Shown in pieces: positions 1 through 23,823 of a DNA stretch of 64,000 bases. The notes beneath the pieces are model-generated. The model was not told the DNA's origin and searched no databases. It saw only the letters and a program-made list of their open reading frames with translations. Positions within the stretch are counted from its first letter, which is position 1. Every line of letters begins with the position of its first letter. The DNA is from Schmidtea polychroa (taxonomy: Eukaryota): assembly GCA_044892525.1 (NCBI GenBank), contig CM097885.1, positions 40,116,001 through 40,180,000 on the forward strand. Direction: 5' to 3'. A program made the translations under genes and the position numbers.

Positions 1-118
1 AATTGACCAAATCGATTAAAATCATTGACTTTTATTTTCTATTATTATTATTGATTTTTACTATGGTCTTGCTTCGTTTAATAAATTATATTAAAAAAAT
101 GATATTTTTATTTTCTAG

Positions 119-15010
<14,892 letters not shown>

Positions 15011-15186
15011 TATATGATGTTTATTAATAATATTCTTTTTTGCTCTGTCATTTTTTTTCTGAAATCGGTGAATTATTATTTAGAGAGCCTTATGTATTGT
15101 ACAGAATCCAAATCAGTCTAATGCTAGTTTGTTAGCATTAATAACTCCTAGATGTTTTAATTCCAGTATTTATCTATTTACCTATC

Positions 15187-15308
<122 letters not shown>

Positions 15309-16488
15309 AATATCATTAATAATTATTATTGTTGATAGAAATGATGGTGCTATTGATGGTGATGATATTGAATTGTATGATGTTATTGATGCTGATGATT
15401 ATTCGAATGATGTTTCTTTATTATTGTGTAGTAAAGAGAATAGAAAATTAGTTTTCAGTTATTTTAATTTTAAATTATCATTGTGATTATATGCCGGTAG
15501 TGGGATTTATGGGCGTCTTAAGAATTTTATAGATTTAATGAAATTTATTTTTTGTTACTAATAAATGTAGGAAATTAATTAATTTCTAAAATTCTCTTTT
15601 GTTTAAATAAACAATCTTCATAATATGGATTTCGGATAAATTGGGCCAAGTTTTCTGACCAGTTATTCGTTGGAGTTATATGAATTAAAATACAAATGAT
15701 TAAATTAATTTAGCTCAAAATAAGTTTGATTGTGCAAATCAATAAAAATTAATTAAAAATTAAAATGATATATTCCCGGGTTTATTGGTATGTATGGGTA
15801 ATGAACGTTGAAACGACACAGATACACTAATATGAAAACAATGGGGTCCCCAGGATAAGATATTCAATAATGCAAATTAATTAAAAATAATTTATTAGTT
15901 TTGTGTGAAACCCGATTATTAAACAAGGTAATAAAATTAGGCCTTTCAAAATCAATAAACAATAGTTTTGAAGTAGCGAGACGAGACATTTGATTATTTT
16001 AATTTTTTGTTTTCCACAAATTTTGGCTAATTCAATTATCGGATTAAGCGGGATGAGGAACAATATAAAAGGTAATGGCACTATTTTGTCGAAGAGAATG
16101 AACTGCGACATCTAAAGAGTAAACAGCTTAGGCGCGTCAAATTTGTAAGAGTTTTTATAGATTGCAGATCAAAAGTGTTTATATGAGAATTTTTTTATCG
16201 AAACTTGTTGACATTGAATAGTGTTTTGTGTTGGGTCTTCTCTTAATAATTGAGACAAAGAGTACGTATAAATGTGCAATATGGTTTAATAACCGTTACA
16301 ATTCAATGAACACAATAAAATATTCTAAAGAACAGATATCGGTTTTGTCCAACCGTAATCAGGTGTATTTCTAAGATGGTGAGAGCTGAACACTCTAATT
16401 TATCTACATGAGTGCTATAAGGCAGCTATGTCCAACCGGCGGCCTTATAGTATAAGGTGAAAATTAAAAGATGAGGGATACCCAAATT

Positions 16489-16821
16489 AGTAGTGAGGAA
16501 TCTATGCACCCCAGCACCCCCACCCTCAAAAAAAACAGCGCTATTGACCCATATTTTCCACATTTATATGCTTTTTTACCCCATATTCTTCACTTTTTTT
16601 AACTTTTAAACTTTGTCCCCTATTGCCATTAACCCTTAATTTCTTCCCTTAAAAGTAAAAAAGTTCGGAATAGATGTATTTATAGATTAGTAATTCCGAG
16701 AAAAGGTAACGGGGTGCATAGATTCCTCACTACTTGGTCTTAAGGATTTAATGTTATAAGGATTTAATGTTATAAGAATATCAGATTACCTAATTCATAA
16801 TGATCTAGGTCGCCTGATCAC
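16489..16821 (+). repeat. Polinton left TIR (333 bp)
   Basis: Reverse complement of 31355-31687; only two mismatches found by eye. Confidence 0.95.
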
Positions 16822-16878
16822 CTTAAGGTTTTGAAAGTTTTAAAAATAAAAAATTTTATGAAAATAGTAAAACTGCTC

Positions 16879-17263
16879 TGAGGGGACAGTGGTATTTTTT
16901 TTTTTTTTTTTTTTCACTGTCCCCTCAACAGTTTTTTTTGATCCGGATCATTTTTTTTTTATTTATCAACCTCTTTCGTTTATCAAATCTCTTCCAATAT
17001 ACAAGCTGGCCAGACTCATACATCAGAATCAATCCGATAATAGCAGCACACCTTATTATTCGCTTCTCGCTCGAATACGATTTCATCGGCGTTTTAAGTG
17101 TGCTGCTCGAAAGTACAAATGAATTCGAAAGCGAATTCGAAAGAGGTCCGAAAACAACTGAGAAATAAATGTGCACATTACCGGGATCGATCCGGGGGTG
17201 TTCGAAAGACAGGTGGCGATAATTACCGGTTCGCCACCATCACCCGTTTCAATATTTTTTTTT
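16879..17263. ncRNA. Putative structured non-coding RNA or DNA tract inside the Polinton
   Basis: Stems: TGAGGGGACAGTG/CACTGTCCCCTCA, ACCTCTTTCG/CGAAAGAGGT, AGCAGCACAC/GTGTGCTGCT, GAATTCG/CGAATTC, GGTGGCGA/TCGCCACC; GC-rich relative to the flanks; bounded by T-runs. Confidence 0.45.
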
Positions 17264-17409
17264 CATATTTATGTTTAAAAAATAATTAATTAATAAAAAA
17301 ATAAAATAAAATAAAATAAATAAAATAAAATATACAAGTACTTTATAAATATAAGATACCCACACTATTTTCAATATTATTTTCAAATTTTTAATATTAT
17401 TTTATGTTG

Positions 17410-17492
17410 AAAAAAAACTAACCTCAGATGTGATTTGAACCGCTATCCATTTGAACCACGGTGCCAGTCTATTCCCACTGCGCCATCAAGGT
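17410..17492 (-). ncRNA. tRNA-like Pol III unit 1
   Basis: A box TGGCGCAGTGG, B box GGTTCAAATC (duplicated GGTTCAAAT), acceptor-like ACCTTG/TGAGGT pairing, T8 terminator; T-stem and anticodon stem unpaired. Confidence 0.6.
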
Positions 17493-17739
17493 TTGAATTT
17501 TTGTCATTTTTTATACTATAAATAATCGATTCAAGTTCTTTAACTCTTTCCTGTAATTGTTTCATTTTCTTCAATCTTATATCAGCAACATCTACAGCCT
17601 TCATATAAAAATGTCGATACTTTTCATTATCTACCATCAACTCTTTGATGTATTCTAATGGTTCTTCTTCTCTTCTTTTCATTCTCTTATGTTTAACTTC
17701 ATTCAATTCATTTCTCATTCTTTCTTTAAACTCATCCAT
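17443..17739 (-). CDS. Polinton small coiled-coil protein (98 aa), unknown function
   Basis: TATAAAAATG start context shared with the other Polinton ORFs; charged helical composition; 3' end overlaps tRNA-like unit 1. Confidence 0.6.
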   Translation of the reverse strand: MDEFKERMRNELNEVKHKRMKRREEEPLEYIKELMVDNEKYRHFYMKAVDVADIRLKKMKQLQERVKELESIIYSIKNDKNSNLDGAVGIDWHRGSNG

Positions 17740-17904
17740 TTTTATAAATATTTTTTTTATTGGATATATTAATTTTTGGTAGCTTAAGTTAAAACGTTTT
17801 TGATCTTAAATTTCCAAGAGTTGCCGTTGACCAATCACCTTTAAAATTTGTACAAGTACTAAATCGAGTATGCTGATCAATATTTTGTTTAAAAAAAAAA
17901 TTTG

Positions 17905-17985
17905 AAAAAAAATGACCGAAATGGGATTTGAACCCATTGGTATTGGCAATGCAGTCGAGTGCTATTACCACTAAGCTATTAGAGC
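17905..17985 (-). ncRNA. tRNA-like Pol III unit 2 (73-nt body, GCA at the anticodon position)
   Basis: A box TAGCTTAGTGG, D-stem GCT/AGC, perfect T-arm ATGGG-TTCAAAT-CCCAT, exact tRNA spacing, T8 terminator; anticodon stem CTCGA/GCCAA does not pair. Confidence 0.7.
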
Positions 17986-18147
17986 TATACTCAATATAAA
18001 ATAAGTTGTTAATGTGTGACTATTTATTGATGAAATTAATAATTAATTATTCATTTTCTCGACAACTACCACTCAGATCCATCTGAAAATTTAAATATAT
18101 ACTAAAATCAGTACGCTGAATCAGATTCCGTTGAAAAAAAAATATCG

Positions 18148-18228
18148 AAAAAAATTGACCAAAATCGAAAATTGAACCCGGACTCCCGGTGATAAAATTG
18201 AAGCCTATTCCCACTCCGCTATAATGGC
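18148..18228 (-). ncRNA. tRNA-like Pol III unit 3
   Basis: A box TAGCGGAGTGG, B-box-like GGGTTCAATT, acceptor-like GCCA/TGGT, T7 terminator; shares AGTGGGAATAG with unit 1. Confidence 0.55.
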
Positions 18229-18284
18229 TTACATAATATATTTAATTAATCCTATTGTGTGTGTGTAAATTTTAATATATAAAA

Positions 18285-19577
18285 ATGAATAATATAAATC
18301 TTAAAATTCAAGAAAAAAATAAATTAAATCTTGATTATAATAAAGAATTTACTCATGAAATCAAGAAAAACGATGTACTTAAAATCTCCCCAACTTCAGG
18401 ATCTATTGCAAACTTAAATCGCAGGGGTGATATAGTTTTTCAATCTCTTCAAACATCAAACCCTATAGATATTTGTAATGCCAAATTATATTATAAAATC
18501 GAATTAGAAATTGAAGCAAACAAAGATATAACCCTAGAAAATAATTTCTTTCCAAATTTATTCTCCAATATGAGATTAAAACTAGGATCATCAGAAATTG
18601 AAACTGTTTTACATCCGGGAGTATATTCTACAATGTTAAATTTTATTTTGACTGGTTGTGATTATAAAAATGAATATGGTGAATTAACAGGCTGGATTCC
18701 TGATGTTAATAAAGGAGATTTAGATAAAGATGGTTTAGATATAAATTATGGTTATTATAAAAGAGCTGAACTTTATAAATCTAAAAAATTTGAAGGTTAT
18801 TTTGAATTAAAACACTTGTTTGGATTCCTTCAAAACTATAATCGTATACTTCATAATGTTTTTATAGAATTCATCTGTAATAGAGTAGAAGGTGATAAAA
18901 GATTGTTCTATGGAGCTGTAGATACAAAAGCTAAATTAAAATTATCAACACTTGAATTACATATACCTGAATGGACATTAAACCCACATTCTGAGATTAA
19001 ACTCCTTGAAAGATTAAATTCCAACAAGTCTATAAATGTAAATTATTTAAATAGAATCTGTAGTGAATTTAGTATGACAGAGGGTTCAACATATTCCATA
19101 AAGGTAGCAAATTTAGCATACCGACCAAGATATATCTTGATTGGATTCAAAGAAGTAGATTCATCTTTCCAAAAAAATAACAATCTATTTATTCAAAAGA
19201 TTGGAGATGATAATTTAAAAACAATACAAATTCAATTAAATAGTTCTTATTATCCAATAAATAGAATGGAATTTAATATTGAAAATAATGAAAACATATT
19301 CCCATATCTAAAATATATTGAAACATGTTATGATTTCAAAGTTGAACCGCAATTAGGTTTAGAAGATTTCAAAAATTTATATTCTATATTTTGTATAAAT
19401 GTTTCAGACCAAGATGATCGCCTAGCCATAAATAATGTTGATGTTACACTTCATGTAACAAAGGATTCTAATTTTAAAGCTAAAGTATATACATTAATAT
19501 TAGAAGAAAAGAAAATAGAAATGAAATTATATGGTGGAAAGATTTCAATAATCGAAAATGTTAGGGGAGATTCTTGA
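18285..19577 (+). CDS. Polinton major capsid protein (double jelly-roll, hexon-like)
   Basis: 430 aa; ENNFFPNLFSNMRLKLGSSEIE...PG, RPRYILIGF and QLNSSYYP patterns typical of Polinton MCPs; genomic context. Confidence 0.8.
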   Translation: MNNINLKIQEKNKLNLDYNKEFTHEIKKNDVLKISPTSGSIANLNRRGDIVFQSLQTSNPIDICNAKLYYKIELEIEANKDITLENNFFPNLFSNMRLKLGSSEIETVLHPGVYSTMLNFILTGCDYKNEYGELTGWIPDVNKGDLDKDGLDINYGYYKRAELYKSKKFEGYFELKHLFGFLQNYNRILHNVFIEFICNRVEGDKRLFYGAVDTKAKLKLSTLELHIPEWTLNPHSEIKLLERLNSNKSINVNYLNRICSEFSMTEGSTYSIKVANLAYRPRYILIGFKEVDSSFQKNNNLFIQKIGDDNLKTIQIQLNSSYYPINRMEFNIENNENIFPYLKYIETCYDFKVEPQLGLEDFKNLYSIFCINVSDQDDRLAINNVDVTLHVTKDSNFKAKVYTLILEEKKIEMKLYGGKISIIENVRGDS

Positions 19578-19606
19578 TATAATCCCTGATATTTTAACAT
19601 TTTAAA

Positions 19607-20986
19607 ATGTCTTTAAATAAATATTGGAGATGTGAAACTTGTAATTGTCAAGTTACAAGACATCATAAAGCAAGCCATCTTAAAACTAAAAAACATACAG
19701 TAGGTGACCTAATTCCACGAGCTGGAGGCGATTTGCAATCTTCAAAAACAACATCTTCAATATTAAAACCTTTTACTACAGAAAAATATCCAGGTGAAAG
19801 ACATTTATTTAAACACAACTACACCGGACCAGGAACAAGATTAGATATTAGATTAGATGAAAATAATAATCCCAAACAAGGAGAAGAACCAATAAATAGA
19901 ATTGATCAAGCAGCTTTAAAACATGACATTGCATACAATTCAACAAATCTTAGAGATAGACATGTTGCAGATGTGAATTTAATACATGATTTAAATAGTA
20001 TCCAAAATCCATCAACCCAAGAAAAGATTCAAAGAGCTCTAGTTAAATTAGCAATGAAAGGTAAGATTTTCATAGGTGCTAGTTTACCAAGGATGGCAAA
20101 AGATGTTGCTAATAAAAAGATTATTGAACAAGCAGAGATTGAAAGATCCCTCGAGAGTACAGCCAAGACTAGTTTACAAACCCCAACAGAATCAGAAATA
20201 AAATATGCAAAGGAATTACACCATGAATTTAGAAAAAATAAAAAATATTTAAAAGTTCAAGTACATGAAAAAGATCAAACATGGTCTGCAGATTTAGTCT
20301 TTATGCCCAAATCATCAGACCCTGAAAAATATAAAATAATTTTAACTGTAATAGATTTATATACAAGATTTGCTTTTGCAAGATGTTTAGAAAATAAAAC
20401 AGGATATTCTATTACAGAAGCATTTGAAAATATATTTGAAGAAAATCAAAGAATCCCAAAATATTTATGGTGTGATAAAGGAACAGAATTTTATAACAAA
20501 GTTTTTACAAAGTTTTTAAATGAAAATGATATTAAATTATATTCAACAGAAAACGAAGGAAAAGCAGTCGTAGTTGAAAGATTAAATAGAACATTAAAAA
20601 ATAAAATGTGGAAATATTTTACTGCTATTGGAAAACAAAAATGGAACAATGAATTGTTACAAAAGATTGTAAATGAATATAATAATGATGTACATAGTTC
20701 TATAAAATCAACACCTTTAAATGCTTCCTTGAATCCTTTGGAACTCATAAATCCTGTTGAAAATGATGTTATTGAAAAACCAAAGTTTAAAATTGGTGAC
20801 CGAGTAAGAATATTTAAATATAAAAATAAATTTGAAAAAGGATTCACAGCAAAATGGACAAATGAAATTTTTATTATAAATAAAATAAATTATACAACTC
20901 CAATAACATATAGCATCTTTGATTTAAATAATGAAAAAATATCAGGTAGATTTTATAATAATGAACTACAGAAAACAGATTTTTAA
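19607..20986 (+). CDS. Retroviral-type (rve) integrase with N-terminal zinc finger and parvovirus VP1u-like PLA2 domain
   Basis: CETC...HLKTKKH finger; YTGPGT and DQAALKHDIAY (PLA2); DDE motifs WSADL, CDKGTEF, VERLNRTLK; C-terminal KFKIGDRVRI SH3-like segment; no chromodomain. Confidence 0.92.
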   Translation: MSLNKYWRCETCNCQVTRHHKASHLKTKKHTVGDLIPRAGGDLQSSKTTSSILKPFTTEKYPGERHLFKHNYTGPGTRLDIRLDENNNPKQGEEPINRIDQAALKHDIAYNSTNLRDRHVADVNLIHDLNSIQNPSTQEKIQRALVKLAMKGKIFIGASLPRMAKDVANKKIIEQAEIERSLESTAKTSLQTPTESEIKYAKELHHEFRKNKKYLKVQVHEKDQTWSADLVFMPKSSDPEKYKIILTVIDLYTRFAFARCLENKTGYSITEAFENIFEENQRIPKYLWCDKGTEFYNKVFTKFLNENDIKLYSTENEGKAVVVERLNRTLKNKMWKYFTAIGKQKWNNELLQKIVNEYNNDVHSSIKSTPLNASLNPLELINPVENDVIEKPKFKIGDRVRIFKYKNKFEKGFTAKWTNEIFIINKINYTTPITYSIFDLNNEKISGRFYNNELQKTDF

Positions 20987-20997
20987 GTCGACAAGCC

Positions 20998-21789
20998 CTA
21001 AAACAAACTTTTCCATATTTCAGCTTCTTCTCTATCCAAATAAATATAATTATATTTTTCTTTCCAATGATTATCAACAAACATATCAAACATATTCTTA
21101 TCAGGTTCAACATTTGAAAATAAATCATTATAAATCATATTCTTATCACGGCGATCTAATTTAAAAAATATAAAACAATTGGAATTATTTCTTATTGAAT
21201 TTTTATCTAAAGCATAATATGTTTGAGATATATAAATAACATTACAATTATTATGTCGACCTCGTGTAAAGTAACTCTTTTGAATTTCTTGATTTTTCAT
21301 ATTAACAACATCATCAAATATAACTAGATTCTTTTTATCTTTAGGAAGTAAATCACAATGTAAAACATCTTCAGGTTTATTAGAGAATAAAACTTGAATT
21401 GCCTCCTGCCCTTCTTCACAAATATAATCATTTTTATTACTAATATCTGATTCTAAAATCTTTTCCTTATACCAATCAACCATATCACAAGGTTGAAAAA
21501 CTTCTTCAGGACACCTATGTTGATTTTTAAAAATATCAATTATTGCTTTTTTAGTTAATTTATTTTCAAATCCACATTTCAAAAGTTGTAATTCTGGTTG
21601 ATTTATGGTTGTAGAATAAAAGATTAAATTATTATAATCTAAAAAATCATCTTCAAGTAACATTCTCAAAACAAGTACATTCTTTCCACATCCAGAAGAA
21701 CCAACAATTAATAATCTAAAATTATCAGGAAATACTTTATTATTGAATTTACTCTTATGTCTATTTAAAATTGGTTTCCAAGTATCCAT
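20998..21789 (-). CDS. A32/FtsK-like genome-packaging ATPase
   Basis: Walker A GSSGCGKN, Walker B LVIFDD, RGRHNNCNVIYISQ motif. Confidence 0.92.
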   Translation of the reverse strand: MDTWKPILNRHKSKFNNKVFPDNFRLLIVGSSGCGKNVLVLRMLLEDDFLDYNNLIFYSTTINQPELQLLKCGFENKLTKKAIIDIFKNQHRCPEEVFQPCDMVDWYKEKILESDISNKNDYICEEGQEAIQVLFSNKPEDVLHCDLLPKDKKNLVIFDDVVNMKNQEIQKSYFTRGRHNNCNVIYISQTYYALDKNSIRNNSNCFIFFKLDRRDKNMIYNDLFSNVEPDKNMFDMFVDNHWKEKYNYIYLDREEAEIWKSLF

Positions 21790-21805
21790 TTTTATTTATT
21801 ATAAA

Positions 21806-22384
21806 ATGACAACTGAAGAATCTTTGCAAGAATTAATAAATTCAAATAAAAATAAATCAGTAGTAATTGATGGTAAAAAATATTTTATTGGAAAACATGT
21901 AAAAGAACAAGTTAGAGCGAAGCTCCACGAAGCTAAAGAAGGTGGCATTCTTCCATTAGCTGCTTTAATACCTGCAATCATTGCTGGTTTATCAGGTGCT
22001 GCTGGAATAGCTGGAGGAATTGCAACTACAGTTCAAAAAGCTAAAGAATCTCAAAAGACAGACCTAGAAAAAGAAAAACTACAAACTGAAATCGATTCAA
22101 TGAAGAAGGTAGGGCAAGCTAAAGGGGGAGTGTCCGTTGGAAAGGGTCTCTATCTTAATCCATATGAGGGGAGTCGGCAAAAGTCTCAGGGCAAAGGTCT
22201 CTATCTTGATCCTTATAAAGGTAGAGGTTTAAATGATTTTTTAAAAAATCAAATTTCTACATCTGAATCTCTATCTTCAAAAGATAAAGAAGATTTAAAA
22301 AAAATATGTAAATCTTTAAAGAATGGATGCCTTTGTAAAACTAAAAATGGTAAAGGATTATACTTGAAGCCCTTCGAACTATGA
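21806..22384 (+). CDS. Adenovirus pX-like virion core/membrane-active protein
   Basis: True ATG at 21806; EGGILPLAALIPAIIAGLSGAAGIA resembles adenovirus pX GGILPLLIPLIAAAIGAVPGIA; three GKGLYLxP repeats. Confidence 0.7.
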   Translation: MTTEESLQELINSNKNKSVVIDGKKYFIGKHVKEQVRAKLHEAKEGGILPLAALIPAIIAGLSGAAGIAGGIATTVQKAKESQKTDLEKEKLQTEIDSMKKVGQAKGGVSVGKGLYLNPYEGSRQKSQGKGLYLDPYKGRGLNDFLKNQISTSESLSSKDKEDLKKICKSLKNGCLCKTKNGKGLYLKPFEL

Positions 22385-22406
22385 TACCATTTTTGATACC
22401 ATTAAA

Positions 22407-23288
22407 ATGGTATATGAAGAAAGATTAGCACTTTTAAAAAAATTACAATCAGAACAAGATAAATATAATAAAAAAGATACAACTCAACATGCTGAATCTA
22501 TAATATTAAATGAGGTAATAACACAACAACAGGGGCCAACAATTAAAGCTATAAAAGAGTTGGAAGATTTCAATGAGCAAGCAAAATTTAAAGAGTTAGA
22601 AGATAAAAAACAAAAAATAAAAGAACTAGAGTGGCAGGATAAAGAAAAAGAATCCAGTGAAAACCATCCTGAAAGAAATCAAAGAAAACGCAGAAGAATT
22701 TCTAATGTGGAAGAAGAAGAAATGTTTTTAAAAACAAAACCTCTTAAAGTTGATCCTAAAATTAGAGATGATTTACCTCCTTCAATTAGACCCACATTTA
22801 ATACTAATACTGAAGGATATCAAATAATAACAATTAATAAACAAAACTTTACTTTATATTCAAATTCAGAAAATAAATCACGTATTCATTCACAAAATGT
22901 TTATAATAATGAATATTTAGACTTTGAATTTACAGATGATTTTTATAGATTACTTTGTGGATATTCTTCAGATGATGTTGAAGAAATTAAAAAATATTTA
23001 AATTTAATAAGATTAATAAAAGCTAGTTCTAAAGCAAAATATATTCAAGATTTAAAGAATTATTTAAATAAAAATGAAAAGGGTTATGTTGTTACAGAGG
23101 GAGAGGGATTAATTAGTGAAGGTGGTAAACCAAATCCCATCAATCTTTTTATTGAATTAAGAAAACTATTAGCTGCAAGGAAAGCAGGACATAATAATTT
23201 AGATTCTGATATTTTAAAGATTTCTAAAGATTTGTTAAAACAAGGAATAATTTCAAAAGATAAATTTAATAAGTATACGAAGTTATAA
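22407..23288 (+). CDS. Conserved Polinton protein, putative virion core protein (293 aa)
   Basis: Intact ORF; basic NLS-like RKRRR; GEGL followed by the C-terminal LRKLLAARKAGHNN...DLLKQGII pattern seen in Polinton proteins. Confidence 0.6.
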   Translation: MVYEERLALLKKLQSEQDKYNKKDTTQHAESIILNEVITQQQGPTIKAIKELEDFNEQAKFKELEDKKQKIKELEWQDKEKESSENHPERNQRKRRRISNVEEEEMFLKTKPLKVDPKIRDDLPPSIRPTFNTNTEGYQIITINKQNFTLYSNSENKSRIHSQNVYNNEYLDFEFTDDFYRLLCGYSSDDVEEIKKYLNLIRLIKASSKAKYIQDLKNYLNKNEKGYVVTEGEGLISEGGKPNPINLFIELRKLLAARKAGHNNLDSDILKISKDLLKQGIISKDKFNKYTKL

Positions 23289-23310
23289 ATACGAAGTTTT
23301 AAAATACAAA

Positions 23311-23775
23311 ATGACTCCTTCAATATTAGATTTTTTAAAAACATTTGGAATAAATGCAAAAACAAATTTTGATTTAAAAGATTATGCAAATTATTTAAAT
23401 TTAAAAATTAAAATATTAATGAATGATGAATTATCAAGTCTGGAGAGTCCCCTGAATATAATAATCAATTATCAAAATTCAAATGAAAAAGGATCTCATT
23501 GGGTTTGTATATATAAGAAATCTATCTACTTTGATTCTTTTGGGATTAAACCTACTAAAGAAGTTGAAGATTATCTCTTGAGGGGTTCTCCGATTGATTC
23601 CCCAAATGGTTATACTTTTAACTCTTTACAAGTTCAACCTTTGAATACTAAAATATGTGGTATTTTAAGTTTATATGTTTTGTATAGATTGAATAAGGGA
23701 GAGGGAAAGGGGCATACGCAGGATTTTGAATCTATAATTCAAGAAATTTATAATGATCTAGAATCTCTACTATAA
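23311..23775 (+). CDS. Adenain-like cysteine maturation protease
   Basis: GSHWVC (His), YFDSFG (Asp), QVQ...ICG (Gln/Cys). Confidence 0.92.
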   Translation: MTPSILDFLKTFGINAKTNFDLKDYANYLNLKIKILMNDELSSLESPLNIIINYQNSNEKGSHWVCIYKKSIYFDSFGIKPTKEVEDYLLRGSPIDSPNGYTFNSLQVQPLNTKICGILSLYVLYRLNKGEGKGHTQDFESIIQEIYNDLESLL

Positions 23776-23823
23776 GGATTTTTACTATAAGGATTTTTAC
23801 TATATGAATTTACTACTAAAGAA

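Noticed and set aside
17041..17062. TAGCAGCACA start identical to the miR-15/16 seed region, on a stem arm
   Set aside because: The stem is too short and branched for a canonical pre-miRNA, and a 9-10-nt match can be chance; there is no evidence the host has this family.
16889..17289. Four overlapping short ORFs near the left TIR
   Set aside because: No motifs and mostly non-ATG starts; explained by local GC richness of the structured tract.
17913..17985. Functional tRNA-Cys(GCA)
   Set aside because: The anticodon stem cannot pair and the acceptor stem has two mismatches; kept only as a tRNA-like unit.
20491..20847. Antisense ORFs over Polinton and retroelement genes (e.g. 20491, 24637, 40623, 41369, 54179)
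   Set aside because: Shadow frames of real genes on the opposite strand.
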